The notes under the pieces are model-generated. The model saw nothing but the letters and a program-made list of their open reading frames with translations, was not told the DNA's origin and made no database searches. The translations under genes and the position numbers were made by a program. Below are positions 35,649-45,269 of a stretch of DNA of 64,000 nucleotides, piece after piece. Position 1 is the stretch's first letter. Each line of letters opens with the position of its first letter. This DNA is from a virus (Duplodnaviria; Heunggongvirae; Uroviricota; Caudoviricetes), in IMG/VR virus record IMGVR_UViG_3300046787_000302, positions 1-64,000 of that record; one strand, given 5' to 3'.

Positions 35649-36755
35649 ATGGCAAAGAAGTTTTTAACCAATCTGGATCTTGTTAAAAACCAGATACTAA
35701 ACGTTGCAGTACATAACAACGCTGGTCCGGTACCTAATCCTGTTCCAGGACAAATCTACTTTGATACTACCCCAACTGTTCTTAGAATGTTTATGTGGGA
35801 TGGTAGTCAATGGGTTGATATGTCAGGTGACATTCAAGACGTCATTGGTGGCTCAGGTTTAACCGCAACTACTTCAGCTAATGGAGATGTCATTACTCTT
35901 GATATCAACGTTGACAACGCAACTATTGAGATTGATAACGACATTGTTCGTGTTAAAGATCTTGGTATTACAACTGGTAAGTTAGCTAACTCAGCAGTTA
36001 CAACAGTTAAGATTAATGCAAATGCTGTTACTTTAGATAAGATACAACAAATAGCTAATCTAACAGTAATAGGTAATATCTCTGGTGCAGTAGCTGATCC
36101 TTCTGAAGTATCGATTGTTGATGACTTAGATAATGCTTCTGCAACTACACTTGCTACATCTGCTGCTATCAAGAGTTATATTGATAGTACAGTTGGTGGA
36201 TTAGGAAACTTAGAAGGTGGATGGGATGCATCATCTGGTGCTTTTCCTGTTGGAACTAGTCCAGTTGCTGGTACAAAAGCTGGTGATTATTGGTATGTTA
36301 CTGTTGCCGGTACAACTGGTGGGGTTGCTTTTAATGTTGGTGATGTCATTGTTGCAAAAGTAAATAGTGCATCAACAACACTAGCATCTGAATGGATCCA
36401 GTTAGAAGTTAATCGTGATCAAGCAACTGAGTCAGTATTAGGCTTAGCAGAGATTGCAACACAAGCAGAAACAGATACTGGTACAGATGATCAACGTATT
36501 GTTACTCCTTTAAAGTTAAAGACTTTATTAGATAATCGTACTGGAGGATGTGCTGCAAACGTTGGAGATACAACAAATACATCATTTGCCTTAACTCATA
36601 ACTTAGGTACAAGAGATGTCATTGTTTCAATCTATGATAATACCACATATGAAGAAGTTATTACTGATGTTGTTTTAACATCAACAAGTGTTGTTACAGT
36701 AAACTTTGCTGTAGCTCCAGCTACTAATGCATATCGCGTAGTTATCAAGAAATAA
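35649..36755 (+). CDS. short fibre/tip protein, paralog 3
   Basis: N-terminus DLVKNQILNVAVHNN...FMWDGSQW, a T/S/G-rich middle, and the shared C-terminal domain. Confidence 0.4.
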   Translation: MAKKFLTNLDLVKNQILNVAVHNNAGPVPNPVPGQIYFDTTPTVLRMFMWDGSQWVDMSGDIQDVIGGSGLTATTSANGDVITLDINVDNATIEIDNDIVRVKDLGITTGKLANSAVTTVKINANAVTLDKIQQIANLTVIGNISGAVADPSEVSIVDDLDNASATTLATSAAIKSYIDSTVGGLGNLEGGWDASSGAFPVGTSPVAGTKAGDYWYVTVAGTTGGVAFNVGDVIVAKVNSASTTLASEWIQLEVNRDQATESVLGLAEIATQAETDTGTDDQRIVTPLKLKTLLDNRTGGCAANVGDTTNTSFALTHNLGTRDVIVSIYDNTTYEEVITDVVLTSTSVVTVNFAVAPATNAYRVVIKK

Positions 36756-36763
36756 TATACTTA

Positions 36764-39520
36764 ATGAGATTTTTGTCTGACATACTAGCTAAAGCTGGTC
36801 TGATAGTTGACGGAGCTGTTGTATTCAACAGTACTGCAAACGGTCAGACACCTGCTTCAAATGATGACTCAACAAAGTTGGCAACAACTGCTTGGGTAAG
36901 ATCATTTACTCAACCATACACATTACCTATTGCATCCGCTACTATTCTTGGTGGTGTTAAAGTAGGTACAGGTTTAGCTATAGATCCAGTTAGTGGAGTT
37001 CTATCTTTGTCAGGTGGAAGTATTACTCTTAAGTCAACAGAAACTTTTACTGCAACTCAAGGACAATCAATATTTACTATAACAAACGGTTATACTGTTG
37101 GTCTTATTGATGTGTTCCTTAATGGTGTTTATCTATCACCAGGTCAAATAACTGCAACAAATGGTACTACTATAATACTTAATGATCCTGCAATAGTTGG
37201 TGATATTATTGATGTTATTATTACTACTCCTTTAGGAGAAGGCTCTGTTGCAACAACTGATCAGATATCAGAAGGTACTACAAATCTGTACTATACAGAT
37301 GCTCGTGCAAGAGCTGCAATATCTTTAACAACAACAGGGGTATCTGGTGCTGCTACATATAATATATTAACAGGTCAGTTAAACATTCCTAACTATCAAG
37401 GTTTGGTTCCTGCTGGTGGTATTGCTGGTCAAATATTAGCAAAGAATAGTGCTACTAATTATGATACAACTTGGATTGATAACTATACATCTCAAGTACA
37501 ACATATTGTAAAAGCAGGTGTTGCTGTAACAAAAGGTCAAGCAGTTTACGTATCATCAGCAGATGGTACTAACATGATTGTTTCTAAAGCATCTAATGCT
37601 TCTGAAGGAACATCAAGTAAGACATTAGGTTTGGTTGCTCAAGACTTAGCAATAAACGGACAAGGATTTGTTATAACAGAAGGTTTACTTGCAGGTTTAG
37701 ATACAAGTACAGCTAATGCTGGAGATCCTGTATGGTTGGGTGTAGATGGTAATCTGATTTATGGTTTACTTAATAAACCAACTGCCCCGGCTCACTTAGT
37801 ATTTATTGGTGTTGTAACAAGAGTACAACAAAGCAATGGTGAGATCTTTGTTAAAGTACAGAATGGTTTTGAGTTAGATGAGTTACATGATCTTTCTGTA
37901 AAGAATGCCTCAGATGGTGACATGATTAAGTATGTCGCATCAACTGGTTTATGGACTAAGATTGCTGCATCAACAACAAATATTGTTGAAGGTACAAACC
38001 TTTATTACACAGCTGCTCGTGTTGCTGCATATCTAACAGCAAACTCATATGCTACACAAGGATATGTAAACACTGCAATATCAAACTTAGTAGCTTCTGC
38101 TCCAACAACGCTTGATACTCTTAATGAACTTGCAACTGCATTAGGTAATGATCCTAACTTTGCAACAACAATAGCAACTAGTATTGGTACAAAAGTACCA
38201 CAGGCTAGAACTATTACAATCAATGGTACAACCTATGATCTTTCAGCAGATAGATCTTGGTCCATCGCTGGTGGTGTAACAAGTTTTAATACACGAACCG
38301 GTGCTATTACTCTTACTAATACTGATGTTAGTTCGGCTTTAGGTTATATACCATATAGCTCGTTAAATCCATCTGGGTATATTACCTCATCAGCATTATC
38401 TGGATATCTTCCTTTAGCCGGTGGCACACTTACGGGAGCTTTAAGCGGCACAAGTGCTACGTTTAGCACAACTATCGCAGACTATGCGATGAGTATTTCA
38501 AACGTGCTAGATTCTTCTCAAGGTTTATTAGTAAGAGCTACGGATAACGATGGAGATTTATACTTATTAAGACTTCAAAGCTCAAACGGAGCTACTTCTC
38601 AAACTTGGGTAGATAGATTTACGGTTGCAAAAGGCGGAGCCGCCACGTTTTCGAGTAGTGTTACTACACAATCTCACGTTTTTTTAAATAATGGTGCTTT
38701 AAACTTTGGCGGTACTGGTTCAGCTTCCAGTACAGACCCAGCTATTTATAGAATTGGCGGTGTTAATGATTTAGCTTTTGCTATTGGCTCTGCCGAACGT
38801 ATGCGTCTTTTAAGTGATGGTCCTCTATCATTTAGTACTATTGCAACTGTCCCAACTTATAATAACTCAATATATAGTACTTCTGCAAATGGGTACATGT
38901 ATATTCAAGGAGGAACAACAGGATTAGCTTTAACTGGTTCTGGAAATAGAAATAATGGTATATATATCATTAGTACTTTAAATGCAATAGCTTTCCATAC
39001 TAATAATCAAGGTGAGCGAGTACGTATTACAGATACCGGTTTTCTTGGTATAAATACTACAAATCCACTAGCTCCTTTACATGTTAATGGTGATATAAGA
39101 ACAACAGGTTTAAGATTAAATCAGGGAACAAATAACCAAGGTCATCGTATCTATTCTAGAACAATGGATGTTTCTGCTTATAGTTCTCAAACAAGTATGC
39201 GGTTTACAGTTGCTGGTGGAAATAATGTTCAGTTTCAATATGAGATTACATTCCATGCAACACGTCTTTCTGGTACTTTAGCAGAGATTTGGTATTTAAG
39301 ATATACAGGTGGTATTGCATATGATACAGCAGGTAATCCAAATGAAAGATGGTGGGATTTAAGAGAACAAGCTGGTAATGGTATTGCTGGTGTTGGTCGT
39401 AATAATAATACAGGAAACTTAGAAATAACTAACTCCGCGTTTGATACATCATGTCGATTAACAGTATGTGTTAAGATTACATGTAATAACTGGGATGCTG
39501 TAACAGTTAGTTTCTCATAA
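36764..39520 (+). CDS. tail fiber protein (918 aa)
   Basis: N-terminal TKLATTAWVRSF motif. Low-complexity G/T/S/N-rich β-repeat sequence. Shares a ~80-aa cassette (RTITINGTTYDLSADRSWSIAGGVTSFNTRTGAITLT...) with the next fiber. Confidence 0.55.
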   Translation: MRFLSDILAKAGLIVDGAVVFNSTANGQTPASNDDSTKLATTAWVRSFTQPYTLPIASATILGGVKVGTGLAIDPVSGVLSLSGGSITLKSTETFTATQGQSIFTITNGYTVGLIDVFLNGVYLSPGQITATNGTTIILNDPAIVGDIIDVIITTPLGEGSVATTDQISEGTTNLYYTDARARAAISLTTTGVSGAATYNILTGQLNIPNYQGLVPAGGIAGQILAKNSATNYDTTWIDNYTSQVQHIVKAGVAVTKGQAVYVSSADGTNMIVSKASNASEGTSSKTLGLVAQDLAINGQGFVITEGLLAGLDTSTANAGDPVWLGVDGNLIYGLLNKPTAPAHLVFIGVVTRVQQSNGEIFVKVQNGFELDELHDLSVKNASDGDMIKYVASTGLWTKIAASTTNIVEGTNLYYTAARVAAYLTANSYATQGYVNTAISNLVASAPTTLDTLNELATALGNDPNFATTIATSIGTKVPQARTITINGTTYDLSADRSWSIAGGVTSFNTRTGAITLTNTDVSSALGYIPYSSLNPSGYITSSALSGYLPLAGGTLTGALSGTSATFSTTIADYAMSISNVLDSSQGLLVRATDNDGDLYLLRLQSSNGATSQTWVDRFTVAKGGAATFSSSVTTQSHVFLNNGALNFGGTGSASSTDPAIYRIGGVNDLAFAIGSAERMRLLSDGPLSFSTIATVPTYNNSIYSTSANGYMYIQGGTTGLALTGSGNRNNGIYIISTLNAIAFHTNNQGERVRITDTGFLGINTTNPLAPLHVNGDIRTTGLRLNQGTNNQGHRIYSRTMDVSAYSSQTSMRFTVAGGNNVQFQYEITFHATRLSGTLAEIWYLRYTGGIAYDTAGNPNERWWDLREQAGNGIAGVGRNNNTGNLEITNSAFDTSCRLTVCVKITCNNWDAVTVSFS

Positions 39521-39543
39521 GATATAATAGATAAGAGTAAGAG

Positions 39544-42500
39544 ATGAACAAACAAAGGAAGACCTCCCATATACTTAATGTATTTCAATACGATCCGACA
39601 ACAGGTATTGTAACGCTACCTAGTAGCTTAATTATACCTAGTCCGGATAGTACTGAGAACTCGACAAAGGTTGCTACTACTGCCTGGATACGTGAGTATG
39701 TAGGCTCATTAGGTTATGCTACTTCAGCTGCAGTTACGTCATCATTAACTAACTACTTAGCTCTTACTGGTGGTACACTATCAGGTGGGATTTATATCAA
39801 CCCTACTAACACAGGTGTTGTTGGTTTAGATATTGCATCTAATACCATTAGATTTAGATCAGATAATCTTGAAGGGTTTAAGCGTCAGTTAGTTACTACT
39901 CTAAGCAGTGGAACTTTAGTAAAGATGCTGGCTGCTGGATATGGTGGAACCTATGTAACAGACTTAGGTTTTTATACATCGTCTAATGCTGGAGAAAACG
40001 CTTTACCTAACATTTATCTTACAGGAGGTAATAACTATGTTGGTATAAACACAGTAACTCCACAATATAACTTAGATGTTGCAGGAACTGGTAGATATAC
40101 AAGTACATTAATAGCAAGTTCTTTTGTTAAGTCTGGTGGTACATCTGTTCAGTATTTAATGGCTGATGGTTCTGTATCTGCTGGACCTTCTTTAGCAGGT
40201 TATGTACCTACTAGTAGAACTATTACAATCAATGGTACTGCCTACGATTTAAGTGCAGACAGAGCTTGGAGTATTGCATCTGGTGTTACATCATTCAATA
40301 CAAGAACTGGTGCTATTACATTAACATCTGGTGATGTTACTGGAGCATTAGGATATACACCTTATAACTCTACTAACCCATCTGGTTATATTACGGCATC
40401 TTCACTGTCTTCTTACTTACCCTTATCAGGTGGTACAATGACAGGGGCTTTAATTGTACCTGCTGGAGACCGAGGATTTGAAGTAAACACATCAGGAGGA
40501 GTTTCATTATATTCTAATGAAATTAATGCTGGAGCACTTGGTGGAACAGGCGATTTATATATAGGATGGAGAAGAACTAATACTGTTCACGTAGGTGTAA
40601 ACATTCATGTTGGTTCTCAACAAGGTTGGGATAATCCAGGTGGTTGGAATAAAAACGTATTAATCGATGGAACAAACCACGGTAGATTTAGAATTAAAGC
40701 ATCTAACTATACTTACGGTAATATTGATGTTGCGCTTTGGGCAGATTCATCTGTTTCTCCATCTCATGGAATATCTGGAAGTAATGCCACGTTTGCTTTT
40801 AATGGTTCGATTACGTCTTTAACAGTTGGAGGACAGACGGTTATTCATACGGGAAATATTGGCTCGCAGTCGGTCAACTATGCTTCAACGGCTGGTACAG
40901 CATCAAACATATCTGCTTATACTATTAATCAGAGTTTAGGGACTGGTAATACCCCATCTTTTCAGGAAGCAATATTTGGAACAACAGGAGGCGCAAATAA
41001 TCAAGGTATTCAAATACGCTACCAAAATTATGTATCTGGTTATGGTCGGATAAGATTTTATCAATCAGATTCTAATCATGCAACTATTCACGTATTTAGT
41101 AGTAGTTGGCAAAATGGTACACTAGCTGGTTCTTCTACAGGAGCTATTAACTTAGACTCTGGAACCGGTGTAACGTTTGGTGCTTGGAATAATCCAGATG
41201 CTTATGTTGTAACAGGAGGACAAACTTACGCTAGAGGATACAGAGGTATAGGCAATGTTGCAGGTACAGGTGAGGCATCTTATCATCCAGCTGGTATTTA
41301 TAGCACAGGCAATAACTGGCTTTATGGTAACATAATGATGAATGGTTATAGCATAAGCGGTGCAAATACTATAAGTGGGAGCGGGCTTATTACAGGAGGA
41401 ACATTAAGATCAAATACCAATATTTATACAGACCAAAACTATGGATATGGATTAGTAGGAGTTTATACATCTACTAGATACCAAGGGGTATTTGCAATGG
41501 GTGATTCATATAAACTTCCTGCTGATGGTTCAACTACTGGTTCATTATATGGTTTAGCTTGGTCTCATCCTAATGCAGGAGGTGTTGCAGGTAACTTAAA
41601 TACTCACGGTCTCTTAGTAATGGAGAACGGTACATTCTTAGCAGCAATCTCAGGTTCAATTAGAGCTAGAGATAATGTGATGGCTCCTGCTATTTACGAT
41701 TCAGGAAGTCGTGTTGCTATTTCTCGTGGAGAAGGAAGACAATATGTAGAATACTCTCGTTATGTTTATAACAACGGAGCATACTCAGGTTCGGGGTGGA
41801 TTGAGCCATCTGATTTAGGTGTACGTTATGCGGCTAGTTCTAATTACTCTAACTCTACAGGTTCTCTTTCAGGTTTCGACAAAACAAATCCATCATTTGG
41901 ACAAGTTTTTGCTAGTGATTGGTTTAGAGCGCAAGGAGACTGTGGATTGTATTCTCAAAGCTATGGTGGACATTTAAGAAGAAGTAATGGTTCATCCTTT
42001 GGTAACTGGGAGACTTTTGGTTATGAAAGAAACGGTTGGAGTGGATTCTGTTATGTACATAATTACTTGTTAAACATAATGAGTAATACATCAGGCGATC
42101 ACGGTTTCTATCAAGAGAATGGCAATGGATGGACATTATTTTACAACAGAGGCAATAACTGTTGGGGTATCGGTACTGATAACACATACTCGGGTGATGG
42201 TTTCCGTTGCGTAAAATATGGTTCTTCTCAGTATGGTTGGACTACTTGGTCAGACAGACGAGCAAAGGAGAATATCTCTAGTATTACTGGTGCTCTAGAT
42301 ACTGTACGTAATATGCGTGGTGTATATTTTAACTACATTAGTGATGAAGCTAAAAACAAACGCGTAGGATTTATTGCCCAAGAGTTAGAACTAGTTTTAC
42401 CTGAAGCAGTTCGTTATGCAGAGGAGATTGATGAGTACAATGTAGAATATGCTCAGATAGTATCTGTTTTAACAGAAGCAATAAAAGAGCAAGATGCAAA

Positions 42501-42567
42501 GATGACAGCTCAAGAAGCTAAGATTCAAAGATTAGAACAACTAGTAGAACAACTAATAAACCAATAA
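39544..42567 (+). CDS. tail fiber protein with C-terminal intramolecular-chaperone (peptidase S74-like) domain (1007 aa)
   Basis: N-terminal TKVATTAWIREYV motif, the shared cassette, and a C-terminal SDRRAKENISSI...GFIAQELELVLPEAV...EAKIQRLEQLVEQL that resembles autoproteolytic chaperone domains of tail spikes/fibers. Confidence 0.55.
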   Translation: MNKQRKTSHILNVFQYDPTTGIVTLPSSLIIPSPDSTENSTKVATTAWIREYVGSLGYATSAAVTSSLTNYLALTGGTLSGGIYINPTNTGVVGLDIASNTIRFRSDNLEGFKRQLVTTLSSGTLVKMLAAGYGGTYVTDLGFYTSSNAGENALPNIYLTGGNNYVGINTVTPQYNLDVAGTGRYTSTLIASSFVKSGGTSVQYLMADGSVSAGPSLAGYVPTSRTITINGTAYDLSADRAWSIASGVTSFNTRTGAITLTSGDVTGALGYTPYNSTNPSGYITASSLSSYLPLSGGTMTGALIVPAGDRGFEVNTSGGVSLYSNEINAGALGGTGDLYIGWRRTNTVHVGVNIHVGSQQGWDNPGGWNKNVLIDGTNHGRFRIKASNYTYGNIDVALWADSSVSPSHGISGSNATFAFNGSITSLTVGGQTVIHTGNIGSQSVNYASTAGTASNISAYTINQSLGTGNTPSFQEAIFGTTGGANNQGIQIRYQNYVSGYGRIRFYQSDSNHATIHVFSSSWQNGTLAGSSTGAINLDSGTGVTFGAWNNPDAYVVTGGQTYARGYRGIGNVAGTGEASYHPAGIYSTGNNWLYGNIMMNGYSISGANTISGSGLITGGTLRSNTNIYTDQNYGYGLVGVYTSTRYQGVFAMGDSYKLPADGSTTGSLYGLAWSHPNAGGVAGNLNTHGLLVMENGTFLAAISGSIRARDNVMAPAIYDSGSRVAISRGEGRQYVEYSRYVYNNGAYSGSGWIEPSDLGVRYAASSNYSNSTGSLSGFDKTNPSFGQVFASDWFRAQGDCGLYSQSYGGHLRRSNGSSFGNWETFGYERNGWSGFCYVHNYLLNIMSNTSGDHGFYQENGNGWTLFYNRGNNCWGIGTDNTYSGDGFRCVKYGSSQYGWTTWSDRRAKENISSITGALDTVRNMRGVYFNYISDEAKNKRVGFIAQELELVLPEAVRYAEEIDEYNVEYAQIVSVLTEAIKEQDAKMTAQEAKIQRLEQLVEQLINQ

Positions 42568-42568
42568 T

Positions 42569-42988
42569 ATGGCATTTAAGATAAACACAGCAATAGGTAC
42601 AAGTGATGGTATAGTTACTGGTGCATATGTACGTATCGGAGGATACAACATTAACAAAAACGGAGATGTAGTATTCATCATTGATATCTTTAAAGATAAA
42701 GCATCAACAGATTATGATACTGCATACATACCTACTATTCATCCTAACAAGATTCAGTCAAAAGAGATTGGTATATCTCTTGATGTTAAGATGACTAATC
42801 GTATCCAGTATACAAAGACTATTACTAAACAAGTAGATGGTGTTGATACTGAGATGGAAGAGACTTTTTACAAGAAAATATCTGATTTATCAGTATTCGA
42901 AAACAAGACTATCTTTGAAGTAGGATACGAAAAACTAGCAGAGAAACTAGCTGGTTTATATGGAGCAGAAAACATTGAAGTAGTTTAA
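42569..42988 (+). CDS. small paralog A (fiber-associated)
   Basis: MAFKINTAIGTSDGIVTGAYVRIGGY...YEKLAEKLAGLYGAENIEVV is homologous to the next gene. Confidence 0.35.
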   Translation: MAFKINTAIGTSDGIVTGAYVRIGGYNINKNGDVVFIIDIFKDKASTDYDTAYIPTIHPNKIQSKEIGISLDVKMTNRIQYTKTITKQVDGVDTEMEETFYKKISDLSVFENKTIFEVGYEKLAEKLAGLYGAENIEVV

Positions 42989-43001
42989 ACAATAACATAA
43001 C

Positions 43002-43511
43002 ATGGCATTAAAAATCACAGTACCTATTGGTACAGATAAAGGTATTACCTCAGAAGCATACGTTCGTATTGCAAACTATCAGTTAAGTAAGTTTGGATCA
43101 GCTAGTTTCCAGATTGAGATCTTTCAATCAGAAGCAGATAGTGTACCATCTCTTACAGCTATGCTTGCAGCTACAGGTGGTCAAGCACGTAATCAACAGA
43201 TTGGTGATAACTTATGGGTTTCTCTAACTAAACAAGTTGAAGAAACAGTTACTAAAACTCAGATGGTTAGCGTACCAACAACAACACAAGAAGAAAGACC
43301 AGGTCCTCTTGATGCTGATGGTAACCCAACAATGGTTATGATGGATGTAGTAAACTATACTATGGAAGAACAAGAAGTAACAGAAACTATCACTAAGACT
43401 GTTACTGACCTTTCTTCTGCAGAAGGTATAGACATATTTACATTTGGATATACTCACTTAAAAGCAAAGCTTGTTGACCTATTTGGTGCAGAAAACGTTG
43501 TTGACTGCTAA
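43002..43511 (+). CDS. small paralog B (fiber-associated)
   Basis: MALKITVPIGTDKGITSEAYVRIANY...YTHLKAKLVDLFGAENVVDC. Confidence 0.35.
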   Translation: MALKITVPIGTDKGITSEAYVRIANYQLSKFGSASFQIEIFQSEADSVPSLTAMLAATGGQARNQQIGDNLWVSLTKQVEETVTKTQMVSVPTTTQEERPGPLDADGNPTMVMMDVVNYTMEEQEVTETITKTVTDLSSAEGIDIFTFGYTHLKAKLVDLFGAENVVDC

Positions 43512-43544
43512 TAAATAAGTATCTTATAATATACCCTACTACGA

Positions 43545-45269
43545 ATGAATAAGGCATTAAATCTTAAAGACTTAGTACAGAAAGATTGTAATGGTGATGT
43601 TGCATTACCTGGAGATCTTTTTGTTGCTAAACATATCCATGTACCGTCAGCACCTTTATCAGATGATTCTAATAGAGCGGCTACAACAGCATGGGTTAGA
43701 GATGTATTGTCAACTTATACTACTGGTATAGGAAGTATATGGTATACAGGTACAACAGCTCCTTTAGATACAAACGGTCTAAACAACGACATGTATTTAA
43801 ACACAGCAACTGGTACATTCTACAGAAAAGAATCAGATGCATGGATTAACAAAGGTACTATTACAGGATCACAAGGCCCTGCTGGTAATACTGGCCCAGC
43901 TGGCCCACAGGGTATAAAAGGAGACACTGGCGTACAAGGTCCTCAAGGACTTATTGGCTTAACCGGTCCTGCTGGTCCAAAAGGTGATACAGGTGCGGCT
44001 AGTACTGTTGCTGGCCCTACTGGTCCTGCGGGTCCTGCTGGTCCTCAAGGATTAAAAGGTGATAGAGGTTTTACTGGTGCTACTGGTCCGATTGGCCCAC
44101 AAGGCCCAGAAGGTTTACCAGGTTGTTCTGGAGCAGAAGGTGCAATAGGTCCACAAGGACCTGTAGGGCCCCAAGGTCCGATCGGAGCAACTGGACCACA
44201 AGGACTTAAAGGAGACAAGGGGGACAAAGGAGAAACAGGTATTCAAGGTCTTACTGGACCAAGAGGTCCTCAAGGAGATACTGGTCCTCAAGGTATTCAA
44301 GGAGTCCAAGGTATTCAAGGGGCAACTGGTGCAACCGGAACAGGTGTTACATTAAAAGGTACTGTTGCTGATGTTGCTTCTTTGCCAGCATCTGGTAATA
44401 TTCAAGGTGATGCGTATATTGTTACTAATCCTGATGGTGACTTATATGTATGGAGCGCAACAGCTGGAGTTTTTGAAAACGTTGGTAATATTGTTGGTCC
44501 AGAAGGACCTCAAGGTATACAAGGTATTCAGGGACTAAAAGGCGATCAAGGTATACAAGGTGTTAAAGGAGATACAGGTCCAAAAGGAGACACTGGAAAT
44601 GCTGGTGCAGCTGCAACAATAACATTAGGTACAGTTTCTACTGGAGCCGCTGGTTCTGCTGCTGCAATATCAAACTCTGGTACATCTGCTGCAGCTATCT
44701 TTAACTTTACTATACCAAAGGGTGATGCAGGTAATACAGGTTCTGCTGCAACTATTGCTTTAGGAACAGTAAGTACAGGTGCTGCTGGATCAGCTGCCGC
44801 TGTTACAAATAGTGGTACAAATGCAGCTGCCATATTTAACTTTACTATTCCACAGGGTATACAAGGTGTTCCAGGAACAGGTTTTAATAGTATCAGTCCT
44901 GCAACAAACAATGCGCTGGTTATATCAAATGGTACAGCAAACTCTGCGTTTACAAACCCAAACATCTATGTTGATGGTAATACATTAAAAGCAGGTGGTT
45001 TCTTTCAAGTATCTGCACGTGCAACAAAGACAAACATATCAGATTTTACTGACTCTGCATTAGACATTATTGCAAAAACACAGATAGTAAACTTTGCTTA
45101 TAAGACAGATCCTAGTGTAAGACATATTGGTTTTATTGCTGAAGATACTCCAGTTGAGTTATCAACAGTTAATCAAAACGTTATGGATACAAACTCATCA
45201 GTAGCCATAGCATTAAAAGCAATCCAAGAATTAGAAGCTAGAATAAAGGTGCTAGAGAATGAAGGTTAA
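43545..45269 (+). CDS. collagen-like repeat tail fiber with C-terminal chaperone domain
   Basis: N-terminal NRAATTAWVRDVL motif. More than 40 Gly-X-Y triplets (GPAGNTGPAGPQGIKGDTGVQGPQG...). Internal ~40-aa tandem duplication (GTVSTGAAGSAAA..NSGT.AAAIFNFTIP). C-terminal SARATKTNISDF...GFIAEDTPVEL...ELEARIKVLENEG. Confidence 0.55.
   Translation: MNKALNLKDLVQKDCNGDVALPGDLFVAKHIHVPSAPLSDDSNRAATTAWVRDVLSTYTTGIGSIWYTGTTAPLDTNGLNNDMYLNTATGTFYRKESDAWINKGTITGSQGPAGNTGPAGPQGIKGDTGVQGPQGLIGLTGPAGPKGDTGAASTVAGPTGPAGPAGPQGLKGDRGFTGATGPIGPQGPEGLPGCSGAEGAIGPQGPVGPQGPIGATGPQGLKGDKGDKGETGIQGLTGPRGPQGDTGPQGIQGVQGIQGATGATGTGVTLKGTVADVASLPASGNIQGDAYIVTNPDGDLYVWSATAGVFENVGNIVGPEGPQGIQGIQGLKGDQGIQGVKGDTGPKGDTGNAGAAATITLGTVSTGAAGSAAAISNSGTSAAAIFNFTIPKGDAGNTGSAATIALGTVSTGAAGSAAAVTNSGTNAAAIFNFTIPQGIQGVPGTGFNSISPATNNALVISNGTANSAFTNPNIYVDGNTLKAGGFFQVSARATKTNISDFTDSALDIIAKTQIVNFAYKTDPSVRHIGFIAEDTPVELSTVNQNVMDTNSSVAIALKAIQELEARIKVLENEG

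Noticed and set aside
35834-36172. Minus-strand 112-aa ORF inside fiber paralog 3
   Set aside because: It is antisense to a conserved plus-strand gene and is an Ala/Val-rich artefact of the GC-skewed codons.
39235-39588. Minus 117-aa ORF spanning the junction of the two large fiber genes
   Set aside because: It is antisense to strong plus-strand coding sequence, in a region where all genes are on the plus strand.
38180-40460. Possible diversity-generating retroelement (template/variable repeat) between the two fiber genes
   Set aside because: Differences between the two ~250-nt copies are scattered synonymous codon swaps, not adenine-specific. No reverse transcriptase (no YxDD motif ORF) is present. 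Both copies are in-frame coding segments of separate fibers.
44045-44965. Minus-strand ORFs (60, 67, 139 aa) inside the collagen-like fiber gene
   Set aside because: These are antisense translations of GXY and Ala-rich repeats (Pro/Ala-rich), which are spurious.
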